A DNA stretch of 64,000 nucleotides from Candidatus Bathyarchaeia archaeon (GTDB taxonomy: Archaea; Thermoproteota; Bathyarchaeia; Bathyarchaeales; Bathycorpusculaceae), in the NCBI GenBank assembly GCA_050015395.1, contig JBEKBM010000010.1:1-64000 (forward strand), read 5' to 3'. A program made the translations under genes and the position numbers. The notes below the pieces were generated by a model. That model was given only the letters and a program-made list of their open reading frames with translations, did no database searches and was not told the origin of the DNA. Positions 1-9,903 of the stretch are shown here, one piece after another (within the stretch, counting starts at the first letter, position 1; each line of letters begins with the position of its first letter).

Positions 1-1
1 A

Positions 2-414
2 TTTTTTGAAGACCAATTTACCGTTTATCTCTTTGGGGGGGGGGGGCAAACGTACCCTGAAGGTAGTTCCTTTGCCTTCTTGGCTCTCAAAAGAGACGGT
101 GCCTCCTAGTGCTTCAGTCATACGCGCTTTATTACTGCTAAGCCGAAGCCTTGACCCTTCGCTTTAGTTGTAAACATTGGCGTAAACAACTTGCTTTTTA
201 CCCCTTCAGGAATACCAACGCCCGTATCCTTAACAGTTATGACGACATCGTTCGCTTCTTTGTAAGCATGTATGGCAAGTTTGCCACCTTTCGGCATGGC
301 TTGAACAGCATTATTAACCAAATTGTACATGATGCGATTTATGTAAGAGGAGTCAGCAACAACTTTTCTTGCTTCAGTTTCCACTTTAACGCTTACTTTA
401 ACGTTTTCTGGCAA
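2..414 (-). pseudogene. Histidine kinase C-terminal (HATPase_c) remnant, 5'-truncated and frameshifted
   Basis: N box (NLVNNAVQAM), G1 (DTGVGI), F (LFTPMFTTK) and G2 (GQGFGL) are present; no HisKA or sensor part upstream. An extra CG near 122-126 shifts the frame; the other frame continues MTEALGGTVSFESQEGKGTTFRVRLPPPP to the window edge. Confidence 0.8.
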
Positions 415-491
415 ACTCTAAACTCCAAAGCGGCAGAATATTGAAAGAGTTAGTTTTAAGTTACTGGCTGTGACAATATTTTTGATTATTT

Positions 492-1418
492 ATGTGTTCT
501 CAAGAAGTTCTAATCGAGGCGAAGCAGTTAACAAAGAAATTTGATGATTTCACAGCGGTAGACCACATAGACTTCAAAGTGAATAAAGGCGAATGCGTAG
601 GCTTCTTAGGACCCAACGGCGCAGGCAAAACCACTACTGTCCGCATGATGTATTGTTTTCTGCCTCCAACGTCAGGCGAATTAAAGCTTGCAGGGTTTAG
701 CGTCAACACACAGTGCAGAGAAATAAAAAGCATCGTTGGCGTCGCGCCGCAAGAGGACAATTTAGACCCAGACTTCACAGCCATAAAAAACCTCACAGTT
801 TATGCGCGTTATTTCGATATCCCAAAGGATGAAGCCTTAAAACGAGCCAATGAACAACTAAAATTTTTCCAGTTGGAAGAAAAAAGAGAAGTGCCCATAG
901 CCGCGCTGTCAACGGGCATGAAGCGCCGCCTGATCTTTGCAAGGGCGCTGCTTAATCAACCGCAAATTCTCCTCTTAGATGAGCCTACCACAGGGTTAGA
1001 TCCTCAGGCAAGGCATTTGGCTTGGGATGAGGTGCGGAATTTAAAGAAGAAGCAGGTTACCATAATTTTAACTACGCATTATATGGATGAAGCCGCTGTC
1101 TTATGTGATAGGATACTGATTATTGACAGAGGAAAAATTATCGAGGAAGGCAAGCCTGCTGAACTAGTAAAGAAGCACGTCGGCGAAGAGGTTCTGGAAC
1201 TTGATTATGACGAGAAACTTCTCCCAACTTTAAAGGAGGCTTTTCCAGGCGCGGACTTTGAAAGGTTAGGGGACCGATTGCAAATCTTCACGGATAAACC
1301 CCATGGCGTCTTTGAAGGCTTCTTAAAGGATCACCCGATGCAGAACGTGACTATACGTACCGCTAACCTTGAGGATGTTTTCCTTAAACTAACAGGAAGG
1401 GGACTTAGAGAGGAATGA
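492..1418 (+). CDS. ABC transporter ATP-binding protein (NodI/DrrA-like)
   Basis: Walker A GPNGAGKT, signature LSTGM, Walker B LLLDEP, H-loop TTHY. Confidence 0.93.
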   Translation: MCSQEVLIEAKQLTKKFDDFTAVDHIDFKVNKGECVGFLGPNGAGKTTTVRMMYCFLPPTSGELKLAGFSVNTQCREIKSIVGVAPQEDNLDPDFTAIKNLTVYARYFDIPKDEALKRANEQLKFFQLEEKREVPIAALSTGMKRRLIFARALLNQPQILLLDEPTTGLDPQARHLAWDEVRNLKKKQVTIILTTHYMDEAAVLCDRILIIDRGKIIEEGKPAELVKKHVGEEVLELDYDEKLLPTLKEAFPGADFERLGDRLQIFTDKPHGVFEGFLKDHPMQNVTIRTANLEDVFLKLTGRGLREE

Positions 1419-2248
1419 GTAGTCCTAACCTTCGCAAGTCTCCAGCACACTTCACCATGCCAAAATTAACCTACAGAGTTTGGAAGGTTTGGCAGCGAAA
1501 CTTTGACGTGTTCAGGAAAACCATAAAAGTTAATTTTCTGCCTTCACTTCTTGAACCTATATTGTACTTGGTCGCTTTTGGCTTTGGCCTAGGCGGTTTC
1601 ATCCCAAGCATTCAGGGTCAACCCTACATCGATTTCATAGCGCCTGCATTGGTGGCGATTGCAATTATGAATGGCGCATTTTTTGAGTGCACATTTGCCT
1701 CTTTCGTGCGCATGTACTACCAAAAAACCTTCGACGCCATAGTAGCCACGCCTGTAAGCGTTGAAGAAGTCGTGACAGGAGAACTTCTTTGGGGAGCAAC
1801 CCGCTCAACAATAAACGCGACTATTGTGTTGGCTGTGATTGCAATTTTCGGGTTGATTAAAAGCCCGCTGTTTCTGTTGGTTGTGCCATTTGCGTTCTTT
1901 GGCGGATTAATGTTCGGTTCTATCGCAATGTGCTTTACAGCCATAGCGCCAAACATCGACTTTTTTAATTTTCCCTCATTCCTTTTTCTGACGCCGATGT
2001 TCTTTCTAAGCGGCACGTTCTTTCCGTTGACATCGTTGCCTTATGCGGCACAAGTAGCAGCCATGGCGGTTTTGCCTCTAACTCATGTAGTTAACATAAC
2101 TAGAGCAGTTGTTACGACTCATGTTGAACCAATCCTCGGATTAAACCCCGAAATCCTGCTGCTCATAAGCTTGGCATGGATAATAGCAGTTGCAGTATTC
2201 TTCTTTATAGTCAGCATTAACCTGATGAAAAAACGATTAACAGGCTAA
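1415..2248 (+). CDS. ABC-2 type permease (NodJ-like)
   Basis: About six hydrophobic segments, FLSGTFFP motif, overlaps the ATPase stop (ATGA). Confidence 0.9.
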   Translation: MSSPNLRKSPAHFTMPKLTYRVWKVWQRNFDVFRKTIKVNFLPSLLEPILYLVAFGFGLGGFIPSIQGQPYIDFIAPALVAIAIMNGAFFECTFASFVRMYYQKTFDAIVATPVSVEEVVTGELLWGATRSTINATIVLAVIAIFGLIKSPLFLLVVPFAFFGGLMFGSIAMCFTAIAPNIDFFNFPSFLFLTPMFFLSGTFFPLTSLPYAAQVAAMAVLPLTHVVNITRAVVTTHVEPILGLNPEILLLISLAWIIAVAVFFFIVSINLMKKRLTG

Positions 2249-2340
2249 TTCATTGAGCGATATTTTTTAGCTTTTTGTTGTTGAATTTTGTCACAAATAG
2301 CAGGTAGGTCTATAGGGTAGGCGGTTTAGGGTTAGGGCGT

Positions 2341-2367
2341 GTTTTGGGTTGCTTTTTTTGTTTAGGG
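2341..2367. repeat. 27-bp dispersed motif GTTTTGGGTTGCTTWTTTKGTTYAGGG, copy 1
   Basis: Near-identical to 50623-50649 and 50974-51000. Confidence 0.7.
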
Positions 2368-2511
2368 CTTAATTCAAAGGTTTAGCAGGGCAGAGGAAAA
2401 CGTAAAATGCACAAAAAAACTCAGCGTCTTGCTAGATGCGTCTATTAGGCTCCAAACATGAAACAACATTCGCATGTAGAATAGGATAAACCAAAAAAAA
2501 CATGCGTTACA

Positions 2512-3435
2512 CTAGACTCTGATGTCTTTAACTTCAGCAATTATCAAGTAGAACGCCGCCAGCCCTTTCCACTGTCCCCATGCCTTAGCTATTTCCCGTG
2601 CCTCTGCCGCCTTAATGGGTCTTCCACCGCAATAATACGTGGAAATCACACGTCTTATCCCAAAATCGTCAGCTGGCAAAGCATCCAGTTTCTGCATTCC
2701 CCTCAGCATAGTTAACTCAGCGGTCCATATCCCTATCCCTCTTATTTCATCGAGTTCAGCGATGATTTGCTCGGGGCTTCTGTGGAGTTTTAGCTGCTCA
2801 AGGTCCAATTTGCCATTCACTATCAGTTTGGCTGCTTCTTGGATGTACTCGGCTTTTCGCTGGCTTAACCCGCAGTTGCGTATTTCGTCAATGCTCGCGC
2901 AAGCTAAGTTTTGCGGCGTTGGATGCGCATAGTATGCTTCGCCGTCTAAAACGAGGGTTTCGCCGAATTTCTTGATTAACCTTTCTTCAATGGTATGCGC
3001 TACTTTGATAGAGATTTGTTGCTCAACAATAGAATCAACCAAGGCTTCGAAAACAGTCGGGGTTGTCGGGTTCTTTAATCCGTATAACTGCTGGGTTATC
3101 TGGTATATTGTACGGTCGTTTTTTACTTCGTTATAAAAAGCGCTTAGGTCGAAGTCTAAATTGAAGATAAATTTGAGTGTTTCTTGGATTTCTCGCTTAA
3201 CTTGCGCATTTATGGTAGTGTTTGATTTTAATTCAATGTTTAATTTCGGCTTTTGAATGGTTCCCCTAGAAGTTAGGTTAACTAAAACAAGGTTGCCGTT
3301 GATTCTTAGCACTTGGTGGAATTTGCCGTTTGCGTAGGTTCGGATTTGCTTGTCGCTGCTTTGGAATATTTGAGCGGTTAAATCAAAGTTGAAAGGCGCC
3401 AATGCTTCAACTGTAAAGGTTTCGGTAAATGCCAT
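2512..3435 (-). CDS. alkA: DNA-3-methyladenine glycosylase II (AlkA/HhH-GPD family)
   Basis: SIVEQQIS, HhH motif IRGIGIWTA, LPADD, WGQWKG. Confidence 0.9.
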   Translation of the reverse strand: MAFTETFTVEALAPFNFDLTAQIFQSSDKQIRTYANGKFHQVLRINGNLVLVNLTSRGTIQKPKLNIELKSNTTINAQVKREIQETLKFIFNLDFDLSAFYNEVKNDRTIYQITQQLYGLKNPTTPTVFEALVDSIVEQQISIKVAHTIEERLIKKFGETLVLDGEAYYAHPTPQNLACASIDEIRNCGLSQRKAEYIQEAAKLIVNGKLDLEQLKLHRSPEQIIAELDEIRGIGIWTAELTMLRGMQKLDALPADDFGIRRVISTYYCGGRPIKAAEAREIAKAWGQWKGLAAFYLIIAEVKDIRV

Positions 3436-3585
3436 CTTGTTTCATCTTTAGGGCTTTGTCTTTACTGCTGTTGGGGTATTAAAGATTTTTAACTTGTGTG
3501 TATTTAGGCTAGATTTTTTGTCTTTAAATGGCTTTTATAACCTGTAGGTCAATATTTGATATTTAAAGCTCAATTTACGCCTAGG

Positions 3586-3693
3586 CCTTATGATTTCTGA
3601 AAAGAAGAAAAATACTTCATCATCAATAACAAGAAATTCCAAGAAACGGGCAACCAAGTTGTTTACTGGATGAACAATAACGAACACTCGAAA
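3586..3693. repeat. Direct repeat, left copy flanking vapBC
   Basis: Aligns end to end with 4408-4522, including the exact block AAATTCCAAGAAACGGGCAACC and GGATGAACAATAACGAA. Confidence 0.9.
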
Positions 3694-3764
3694 TACTCCT
3701 ATTTTTTATAATAGATAGGAAAGTTTTTTAGGGTAGGACGATTTTTTAATGTTGAGCGAAAAAT

Positions 3765-4007
3765 ATGGAAACCATAGTAGAAGCTATCATAGTAAAGGTT
3801 ACGAGAAGGGGACAGACTACCATTCCTGTGGAGATTAGGAAACAGTGCGGAATCAAAGAAGGCGACCGACTACTCGTGCAACTCACAGAAAAAGGAATAC
3901 TATTCAAGCCCATACCAAAACTTGAGGACATGGCGGGAATCGATGCAGGATACGGAACACCCGAAGAAATAAATAAAAAAATCGATAAGCTCAGAGAAGA
4001 ATACTAA
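3765..4007 (+). CDS. vapB: AbrB/MazE-type antitoxin (VapB)
   Basis: KVTRRGQTTIPVEIRKQCGIKEGD swapped-hairpin motif; directly upstream of a PIN gene. Confidence 0.88.
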   Translation: METIVEAIIVKVTRRGQTTIPVEIRKQCGIKEGDRLLVQLTEKGILFKPIPKLEDMAGIDAGYGTPEEINKKIDKLREEY

Positions 4008-4008
4008 C

Positions 4009-4407
4009 TTGAAAGAAGTCATAGATACAAGATTTTTAAGAGAATATTTCTATTCCACCGATAACGAAACAAAAGGGAAGACAAATAGAAAGCTGAAAAA
4101 CCTTATCGCAAAAAATGAAGGCATACTACCAACAATAGTGATTGCAGAAATAATCCAAATTACCTGCGAGATAAGAGGAAAGGACATGGCGGGAAGTCGC
4201 TATCAAGCCCTAATTCAAAGCGGCATTGAAATACAAAATTTAACTCCGTCAATTGCTCAGCAAGCGGGTTTATACAAGTGTCAATACAAGAACTTGCCTA
4301 TGGGTGACTGCATTATCGCTGCAACAGCAATATTAAACCATGCAAGAATAATCTCAGATGATCCACATTTTGATTGTATAACAGAAACAAAACGTATATG
4401 GATTTGA
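4009..4407 (+). CDS. vapC: PIN-domain toxin (VapC)
   Basis: VIDT, IAE, GDCIIAATA and ISDDPHF supply the acidic PIN residues. Confidence 0.88.
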   Translation: MKEVIDTRFLREYFYSTDNETKGKTNRKLKNLIAKNEGILPTIVIAEIIQITCEIRGKDMAGSRYQALIQSGIEIQNLTPSIAQQAGLYKCQYKNLPMGDCIIAATAILNHARIISDDPHFDCITETKRIWI

Positions 4408-4522
4408 CCTTATAATTTCTGGAAAGAAGAAAAATAGTTCATTATCATTAACAACGAGCAAATTCCAAGAAACGGGCAACCCATAAGTTGTTTAGGGGAT
4501 GAACAATAACGAAGAACCGAAA
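4408..4522. repeat. Direct repeat, right copy flanking vapBC
   Basis: Starts at the base after the vapC TGA; matches 3586-3693. Confidence 0.9.
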
Positions 4523-4593
4523 AGAAAAACATTTACCTTAATACACACTTTAAATTTAAAGTGGTATTGTAAGCGAGTGAGGATGGATTAATC

Positions 4594-5268
4594 GTGCGTA
4601 TCGTTGTGAGGATAGGCGGCTCAGTAGTAGCGTCACCAGTTAATACTGAATTAATGAGCAAATATGCTGACCTGATTAAAACCGTGAAGTCTCAAGGTCA
4701 CGAGGTTGCCGTGGTGCTTGGCGGTGGAGCATTGGCGAGAGAATTCATTCGGATAGCGAAAGATTTGGGGTTGGATATGCAGGCGCAGGATGAGGTTGCT
4801 ATTTCTGTTTCGCGTTTGTTTGCTCAGCTTTTTCTCAAAAGGCTCGGTGATGCTGGTTGCAGTAAGGTTGCTTTGACGCTTGATGATGCAGCTCAATGCC
4901 TAAGTGAAGGAAAGATTGTTGTGATGGGCGGTTTGAAGCCTGGGATTACTACTGATGCGGTTGCAGCGTTGGTTGCTGAACGGGTGAACGCGGATTTGCT
5001 GGTTAAAGGCACCGACCAGGAGGGTGTTTACGATAAAGACCCTAGGAAGCATGCGGATGCGGTTAAGCTTGATCGTTTAGGTTTTGATGATTTGTCTGAG
5101 ATTTTTGAGCATAGCAAGCATAAGGCTGGGATACATCAGATTATTGATCCTGAAGCCGTTAAGGTTTTGAAGCGGCGGCGGTTGAAGCTGATTGTTGTTA
5201 ATGGTTTTAAGCCTGAGAATATTTTGGCTGCGTTGAGAGGCGAGAACGTGGGTACAGTGATAAGTTAA
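4594..5268 (+). CDS. pyrH: Uridylate kinase (archaeal type)
   Basis: RIGGSV, GGGALAR, MGGLKPGITTDAVAA, GVYDKDP. Confidence 0.93.
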   Translation: MRIVVRIGGSVVASPVNTELMSKYADLIKTVKSQGHEVAVVLGGGALAREFIRIAKDLGLDMQAQDEVAISVSRLFAQLFLKRLGDAGCSKVALTLDDAAQCLSEGKIVVMGGLKPGITTDAVAALVAERVNADLLVKGTDQEGVYDKDPRKHADAVKLDRLGFDDLSEIFEHSKHKAGIHQIIDPEAVKVLKRRRLKLIVVNGFKPENILAALRGENVGTVIS

Positions 5269-5490
5269 ATTCATTTTCCCCATCCCTTGTGAACGCTAAT
5301 GTTAATGCTAAATCTTAGGCAATACAGCAAACTAACCAAGATCAAACGCAATTTGTTGATCAAATTTTAGAATACGTTGGCATCTTTACAATCGTCGTAA
5401 CAGCCATATGCGTCGTTCTTTCATGTAAATACCTGAATAAATAAATACACGCATTATCTAACAGACGGAAAGCACATGGAGTGAAAAGCT

Positions 5491-6180
5491 ATGCCAACAC
5501 TCGTCGAAGCAGTAAACCTTACGAAAACTTACATGCTTGGAAAAGTCCCAGTGGAGGCACTCAGAGGAGTAAACCTGAAGGTTGAAGCTGGAGACTTCGT
5601 TTCCATCCTCGGACCATCCGGAAGCGGCAAATCAACGATGCTGAACCTAATCGGCGCATTAGACAAGCCAACCTCAGGCACACTGCTAATCGACGGCGTT
5701 GACATCTCAAAGCTAAACGATAATCAACTAGCTGATTTGCGAAGGCGAATCGGTTTTGTTTTCCAATTTTTTAATTTAATACCAAGATTAACCGCGAAAG
5801 ACAACGTGGAATTATCAATGGCTATCGCTGATATGAATAAAGCAGAAAGAAGAAAAAGAGCAATAGAACTTCTTGAAACCGTAGGCTTGAAAGACCGAGT
5901 TAACCATAAGCCTGCTGAACTGAGCGGTGGACAGCAGCAACGCGTCGCAATTGCACGCGCTCTAGCAAACAACCCCAAATTTCTCCTGCTAGATGAGCCT
6001 ACTGGAAACATTGACTCCAAAACGGCAAGCGAAGTTCTCGGCTTAATCAAGAAGTTGAATGTTGAAAATAACGTTAGCATTATCATGGTTACTCATGACC
6101 AGCATTTGGCTAGAGAAGCGAAAAGAACTGCGCAAATGTTTGATGGTCAAATAACATCCGAAGTGGTGAACCAACCATGA
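5491..6180 (+). CDS. ABC transporter ATP-binding protein (LolD/MacB family)
   Basis: GPSGSGKS, LSGGQQQRV, LLDEPTGN. Confidence 0.93.
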   Translation: MPTLVEAVNLTKTYMLGKVPVEALRGVNLKVEAGDFVSILGPSGSGKSTMLNLIGALDKPTSGTLLIDGVDISKLNDNQLADLRRRIGFVFQFFNLIPRLTAKDNVELSMAIADMNKAERRKRAIELLETVGLKDRVNHKPAELSGGQQQRVAIARALANNPKFLLLDEPTGNIDSKTASEVLGLIKKLNVENNVSIIMVTHDQHLAREAKRTAQMFDGQITSEVVNQP

Positions 6181-7499
6181 AAACAGTAGATATTTTCGGT
6201 TACTCTTTCAGTGCAATTAAACTCCGCAAGCTCAGAGCAGCATTAACTACTTTAGGCGTAGTCATTGGCATCGCCGCCATAGTGGCGCTGCTCTCTATCA
6301 CTCAGGGTTTGCAGGCAACTATAACTACCCAGCTTCAACAAGGACTATCAACCAACACGTTAATTGTTACACCAGGCCAAAGCGCTTTAGGACAAGCCAC
6401 CAGCGGAGGTAGTGGTGTTGGTGGTGCTGGTGCAGGCGGACGAGGCTTCAATTTAGGGGGTTCCAGCACAAGTTCTGGCTTCAACTTGTACGTCAATTAT
6501 ACTCAACAAATTGACTCTTTGTCGCCAGATATAGCTGGCTCGTTCGCTGTGATACAAAGATCAGGCTATGTTGACGCTGGCGGCGTCAACAGTTCAGTTA
6601 CTATTTACGGAGTTAATTTTAACCAGTACGCTCAGCAATACAGCAAAACTTTTGTGGCTGCGTCCGGAACCATACCGTTGAGCCCTACTGACAACGAGAC
6701 AGTTGTTGGAACACTCGTAAATGATCCTGGGCAAAATGGCACACTACTCTTCGGCGCAGGCGACGACATTGGCATCATATGGACTAACGGTACAACGCTC
6801 CCTGTGGTAAACGAAACTTACACAGCGCAAGTTTCAGCGGTCCTTCAAAAAGTCGGCGGCCTCGGCATCGGGGGACCTTCAGATACAGGCGTTTACATCC
6901 CTCTAACCCAAGCTGAGAGCTTTTTCGGAACAGACCAATGTGACATGATAATCGTTCAGTTAAAAAGCAGCGATAACGCCACGATCACAAATGTTTCTAA
7001 GGCTATAACTAATTATTTTGGCGGTCAAGTTTCTGTTATTTCTTCAACGGCGGTTCTAAGTTTGCTTTCAACCGTTTTCAGCACGATACAATTGTTCCTC
7101 GGTGGCATAGCTGCTATTTCCCTGTTAGTTGCGGGCATTGGAATAATGAACATCATGATAGTTTCGTTGATTGAGCGCACACGCGAAATTGGCATACTTA
7201 AAGCGTTAGGGATGAAAAGCCGAACCGTACTAACCATTTTTCTTGGCGAATCAGTTATAATCGGCTTAATCGGCGCATTTGTGGGCATAGCTTTAGGCTG
7301 GGTCTTAGCGAACGTTGTTGCGAAGGTTTTAGCTTCTGGAGCTTTCGGCGGAAACGGGTTCAGAGTAACGCCACTGTTGACTCCGGAGGTGTTTTTGGGC
7401 GCTTTAGGTTTCGGCGTTGGAGTCAGCGTAATCTTCGCGTTGTACCCAGCGTGGCGTGCATCTAAGCTTAAGCCCGTAGAAGCTTTAAGATACGAATAG
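6177..7499 (+). CDS. MacB/FtsX-family ABC permease
   Basis: LTTLGVVIGI, ERTREIGILKALG, C-terminal PVEALRYE. Confidence 0.92.
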   Translation: MKTVDIFGYSFSAIKLRKLRAALTTLGVVIGIAAIVALLSITQGLQATITTQLQQGLSTNTLIVTPGQSALGQATSGGSGVGGAGAGGRGFNLGGSSTSSGFNLYVNYTQQIDSLSPDIAGSFAVIQRSGYVDAGGVNSSVTIYGVNFNQYAQQYSKTFVAASGTIPLSPTDNETVVGTLVNDPGQNGTLLFGAGDDIGIIWTNGTTLPVVNETYTAQVSAVLQKVGGLGIGGPSDTGVYIPLTQAESFFGTDQCDMIIVQLKSSDNATITNVSKAITNYFGGQVSVISSTAVLSLLSTVFSTIQLFLGGIAAISLLVAGIGIMNIMIVSLIERTREIGILKALGMKSRTVLTIFLGESVIIGLIGAFVGIALGWVLANVVAKVLASGAFGGNGFRVTPLLTPEVFLGALGFGVGVSVIFALYPAWRASKLKPVEALRYE

Positions 7500-7528
7500 C
7501 AAATACAATTAGCAGAGGCGACTCCAGC

Positions 7529-7987
7529 GTGAAACGGTTGTACCCTGACCAGCCAATCGTAGGCATCGGCGCAGTAATAATCCGTGAAGGCAAGATTGCT
7601 CTCATAAAACGGGGAAACGAACCAAGCAAAGGAAAATGGACCATTCCAGGCGGCCTCGTTGAGCTTGGCGAAAGCCCAGAGCAAGCAGTTATCCGCGAGA
7701 CTAAAGAGGAAACTGGCCTCGACGTTGAAAACCCACGCTTAATTGACGTGGTTAGCAACGTTGACTTGGATGAGAAGGGCAAAGTAAAATACCATTACGT
7801 AATAATCGACTACTTTGTGCATGTGAAAAACGGGACCGCTCAAGCTGCAAGCGACGCCGTGGAGCTGCGTTGGGTTCCATTTGATGAAGTAGAAGATTAC
7901 GATTTGACAAAGTCGTTTCGGCTTTTCTTTAGGCATAACAGGAAAAGAATGGAAAATGATGATGAATCAGTAAAGAAACTAAAGTAA
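7529..7987 (+). CDS. NUDIX hydrolase
   Basis: Nudix box GGLVELGESPEQAVIRETKEETGL. Confidence 0.92.
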   Translation: MKRLYPDQPIVGIGAVIIREGKIALIKRGNEPSKGKWTIPGGLVELGESPEQAVIRETKEETGLDVENPRLIDVVSNVDLDEKGKVKYHYVIIDYFVHVKNGTAQAASDAVELRWVPFDEVEDYDLTKSFRLFFRHNRKRMENDDESVKKLK

Positions 7988-8075
7988 CGTGCTTCTGTAG
8001 AGATAGCTTGTCGGGTTAGATGGTTGTTTATGCGGTCATTTATCTACCCTGATTTTGCGGCCTTTCAGCTTTTGA

Positions 8076-8115
8076 TTTTTTGTTTAGGGCTATTTGTGTG
8101 TTCACAAGCCTACCT
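8076..8115. repeat. Partial copy of the dispersed repeat at 34975/54103
   Basis: TTTTTTGTTTAGGGCTATTTGTGTGTTCACAAGCCTACCT resembles the TTTGTGTGTGCTCAAGCCTACCT segment at about 35020-35042 and the reverse complement of about 54219-54258. Confidence 0.6.
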
Positions 8116-8211
8116 CACGATGATGCTTTGGATTGGGACTGTGCCTTCGGGGAAGATTTCGCAGACGGCACCAAGATCTTTATAAATTGGTTTATTGTAT
8201 TTTGTGTATTG

Positions 8212-9060
8212 TTGGTAAGTGTGGAAGACGCAAACGTTACAGAAAATGTAAGGGCGGGACTTAGCAGAAACGAGAGTGTGCTGCTGTCATCTCTGTCGGA
8301 GAAGGACAAGACAATCTTCAAATTAGAAGATGTTATAGCGGAGCTGAAGTGCCCGTACACGTATGCGAAGGTGCTTGCTAACAACTTAGCGAGAAAGAAG
8401 TGGGTGATTGTTCTTCGAAGAGGCGTTTACCTCATAGTTCCTTTGAGTGCAGGAACTAAATCGCAGTATACTGAGCACGAGTTTGTTATCGCGTCGTACC
8501 TTGTTTCACCATATTACATAGCATATTGGAGTGCCCTCAATTTTCATGGATTCACTGAACAAACCCCGTTCAGCGTCTTTGTGGCAACTACGCAAAGGAT
8601 TAAGAACAAAGAAGTTCTGAACGTCAAGTACAATTTTGTTACATTAATCAAAAGAAAATTTTTCGGGTTCGAACCGACAACTGTCGGCACATACAAAGTT
8701 AATGTTTCGAACCATGAAAAAACACTTGCGGATGCATTGGATCATCCTGAGTACTGTGGAGGCGTGCTTGAAGTGGCGAAGTCTCTGTTGAACGCTGAGC
8801 GAAAGGTTTCAATGAGAAGGATTGTGAGTTGTGCAGAAAGAATGGGAAACACCGCGGTCGTTAAGAGACTTGGATATTTAGTTGAGAGTCTTGAGTTGAA
8901 TGCAGAGTCTGAAATTCTTTCAATGATGCGCGCAATGATTTCGCCTGGAATGTCGGCTCTTGATCCCACACTCCCCAAAACTGGGGTTTACAATACGCGT
9001 TGGAACCTTTTGGTAAATATCTCTATAGAAGCTCTTGAAGAATTGAGGCGGAGCTTTTGA
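8212..9060 (+). CDS. abiEi: AbiEi-family type IV antitoxin / transcriptional regulator
   Basis: N-terminal wHTH with LRRGVY, YIAYWSALNFHGFTEQ, EKTLAD. Start moved downstream of the TATA box TTTATAAA at 8179; 8209, 8212 and 8221 are all candidates. Confidence 0.82.
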   Translation: MVSVEDANVTENVRAGLSRNESVLLSSLSEKDKTIFKLEDVIAELKCPYTYAKVLANNLARKKWVIVLRRGVYLIVPLSAGTKSQYTEHEFVIASYLVSPYYIAYWSALNFHGFTEQTPFSVFVATTQRIKNKEVLNVKYNFVTLIKRKFFGFEPTTVGTYKVNVSNHEKTLADALDHPEYCGGVLEVAKSLLNAERKVSMRRIVSCAERMGNTAVVKRLGYLVESLELNAESEILSMMRAMISPGMSALDPTLPKTGVYNTRWNLLVNISIEALEELRRSF

Positions 9061-9851
9061 TTTCGGCAGAGCAGATAAGGAGAATTGCAAGAGAAGAAAA
9101 GCTTGCGGCGGGTGTTGTGGAGAAAGATTATGTTCTCACGTGGTTATTGAAGGGAGTCTATTTAGTTAATAGTGATTTACGGAACGATTTTGTTCTGAAG
9201 GGAGGCACAGCAATTAGAAAGGCGTATTTTCCGCAAACTTGGAGATTTTCAGAGTATTTAGACTTTACCGTTGTCGAAGCTCGGGAATCTGAGGAAATAA
9301 GAGGAGCTATGCAGCGAGTACTTGAGGAGCTTCGCGTTGAAAGTGGAATTAACTATTCATTTGAATCATTCCATCCGACGGCAGGGTCGATAATAGCTAA
9401 TGTCCAGTTTGTGGGACCGCTGAATTTTATGAATAGAATCAAGCATGACATTAGTTTGAAGGAAAAAATGGTGTTGAAACTTGAACGCTGCCTCATCAGG
9501 ACCAACTATTCGGATTTGTCAGAGTTTGAGATTCTAGTTTATTCCCTGAAGGAGATTCTTGCAGAGAAAATCAGGAGCATTATGCAAAGGGGATATTCGC
9601 GTGATTACTATGACGTGTGGAGATTGCTGAAAGAAACCCAATTCAAAGATGCAGAGATTAAGAGCCTCGTGAAAAGGAAATGTGAATTGATTGATATAGA
9701 ATACGAGCCAAGTTTGTTGTTTGATGAGAAAAGATTAAGCGAGGCGCGAGCATTTTGGGAAAAAGGATTACTGTATCTTACAAAGGAACTGCCCGCGTTC
9801 GAGATAACCATTGCAGAGGTTAAAGAAAGGCTGAGTTTTTTGCAAGAATGA
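9057..9851 (+). CDS. abiEii: AbiEii-family nucleotidyltransferase toxin, catalytic motif altered
   Basis: VEKDY, LKGGTA, RFSEYLDF (family consensus RFSEDLDF), LAEKIR, RDYYD. Confidence 0.88.
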   Translation: MISAEQIRRIAREEKLAAGVVEKDYVLTWLLKGVYLVNSDLRNDFVLKGGTAIRKAYFPQTWRFSEYLDFTVVEARESEEIRGAMQRVLEELRVESGINYSFESFHPTAGSIIANVQFVGPLNFMNRIKHDISLKEKMVLKLERCLIRTNYSDLSEFEILVYSLKEILAEKIRSIMQRGYSRDYYDVWRLLKETQFKDAEIKSLVKRKCELIDIEYEPSLLFDEKRLSEARAFWEKGLLYLTKELPAFEITIAEVKERLSFLQE

Positions 9852-9857
9852 ATGGGC

Positions 9858-9902
9858 TAACGCTGAGAGAAACGCTTTGGAGAATCTCGCGGTGTAGGGC
9901 AT
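9858..9902 (-). pseudogene. 5' stub of a RelE/ParE-like toxin
   Basis: ATG one base after the antitoxin stop, reading MPYTARFSKAFLSAL, then running into the antisense of abiEii. Confidence 0.55.
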
Positions 9903-9903
9903 G

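Noticed and set aside
35-46. G12 tract as a phase-variation switch
   Set aside because: It encodes the poly-Pro tail of an already truncated and frameshifted kinase remnant, so slippage would have little effect.
2326-2338. TTTAGGGTTAGGG telomere-like sequence
   Set aside because: Only two units, within G/T-skewed intergenic DNA.
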